From: Lama guanicoe
Taxonomy: Eukaryota
Length of the DNA stretch: 64,000 nt
Assembly: GCA_013239625.1 (NCBI GenBank)
Contig: MU053873.1
Coordinates: forward strand, 2,246,524 to 2,310,523
Reading direction: 5' to 3'
Below the pieces are notes generated by a model. That model was not told where the DNA came from, ran no database searches, and saw nothing but the letters and a program-made list of their open reading frames with translations. Below, piece after piece: positions 62,778-64,000 of this stretch. The position numbers were made by a program, and so were the translations under genes. Position 1 is the stretch's first letter. Each line of letters starts with the position of its first letter.

Positions 62778-63620
62778 TTTTAACTAACATTTTACTGTAA
62801 AAAGTTTCAAAGACAGAAAAGTTGAATGAAGTTTATAGCAAACTTTTTATGAAAATTTATTAAAAGTCTGAAACTTTTTAAAAGTTTATACCTTCCACCA
62901 AGATCCTGCCATTTATGCACTTGCTTTTTCATGTATATCCATCCAATCCTCTGTCCATCTGTTAATCCAACTTACTGTTTGATGCATTTCAAGCAAACAT
63001 TTCAGCAATGAAACATCAGTATGTGTTTACAGTTTTGTATGTAAAAAAGTATATGAATGTATTGAAATGCGTAAATCCTAAGCGGGCTGACGCTGAATTT
63101 TGCCAAATGCAAACACCTGTGTGACCCAAACCTCCCACCCCTTCCCAGAAAGTTCCCGCAGTCCCTTCCCAATTAATCCAACCCCCAGAGGCAAGCACCA
63201 TTCTGACTGTTTCTAGAACTTTGTAATTGTGGAATCAGACAATTTGTACTCTTTTGTGCCTGGTTTCTTTCATGAAGGTTTAGAGACTGGCCCCATAGCA
63301 TTATGTGTATCAGTAGTTTGTCCTTTTCACAGTGTGTAGGATTCCACTGTGTGAATGTACCACAACTCATTTATTCATTCTCCTGTTGATGGTCATTGGG
63401 CCATATCTAGTTTCACTTTAAATAAATCTCCTATGAACATTCTTATATAACTCATTTCATGAACTTCCTGTCATTCTCTTGATCAATACTGAGTTGAATT
63501 TCTGGGTCATAAGATAGAGGTATGCTGAGTTTTAAACGAAACTTTGTTTAAGTTTTTTCCCAAAGTGGTTGTATCATTTTACAGTCCCACGGGCAACGTA
63601 CAAGAGTTCCAGTTGCTCTG
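62778..63620 (-). mobile_element. Old L1M (L1MC/L1ME-type) 3' fragments
   Basis: CCCAGAAAGTTCCC...CCCCAGAGGCAAGCACCATTCTGA...ATTCATTCTCCTGTTGATGG...CCAAAGTGGTTGTATCATTTTAC...GAGTTCCAGTTGCTC. Confidence 0.8.
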
Positions 63621-64000
63621 TTGCAGGAGAAGCTGGCATTTGCATGATTATACTTTCCAACAGCAGTAGCTGTGAGCCACCAGGGTGTGGCTTCACACCA
63701 GCTTCCTAGATCTCACATCAGTGCCTCCCGCTGGCTAGGACAAAACTGCATCCAGAATTCTAGCTGCAAGAGAGTCTACAAAGGTCAGAGATGCCCTTCC
63801 TTCCTCTCTAAGCTGCAGGAGATGGGATGGAAGTCCAGCGAAGCCACCCAGACCTGGCACAGAGACAGGAAACCTGGAACTAAACCCCAGCTCTGCCACT
63901 TTCTCACTGTGTGTCCCTTATTGTTACTCTGACGTGGTAATACAGACAGTACCTTATAGGGGTGCTGAGAGGGTCAAATCAGATGATGTGTGTACAGTGC

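Noticed and set aside
1..64000. CRISPR array, operon or prokaryote-style defence system
   Set aside because: The sequence is mammalian; there is no regular repeat-spacer array or gene cluster, and recurring motifs such as CCCATTTTACAGATGAGGAAACTGAGGC are dispersed MIR cores

Overview
Mammalian nuclear DNA that is intergenic or deep-intronic. I find no supportable protein-coding gene, rRNA, functional tRNA or CRISPR array. The short ORFs in the track are mostly chance frames in GC-rich or repeat-derived sequence, and the only protein homology I recognise is the broken C-terminus of LINE-1 ORF2p at ~23.2-23.7 kb. The window is dense in ancient repeats: by eye more than 50 MIR fragments, many L2 fragments, L3/CR1, old L1M 3' ends, MaLR/ERVL solo LTRs, and MER5/MER53/MER58/Tigger1-type DNA transposon fossils. 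Only representative MIR and L2 copies are listed. One tRNA-Ala-like SINE, artiodactyl-type L1 3' ends and no recognisable Alu/B1/Bov-A/PRE/Can SINEs point to a camelid (inference). Between the repeats lie several repeat-free islands rich in POU, homeodomain, SOX and FOX motifs (~10.5, 12.3, 42.6, 51.9 and 53.2 kb) and a small CpG island (~59.9-60.3 kb) with no visible gene. This pattern suggests the enhancer landscape of a developmental gene lying outside the window. Repeat family names come from recalled consensus sequences, not from a search, and their boundaries are approximate. I see no evidence for a novel multi-gene system; the best leads are regulatory.
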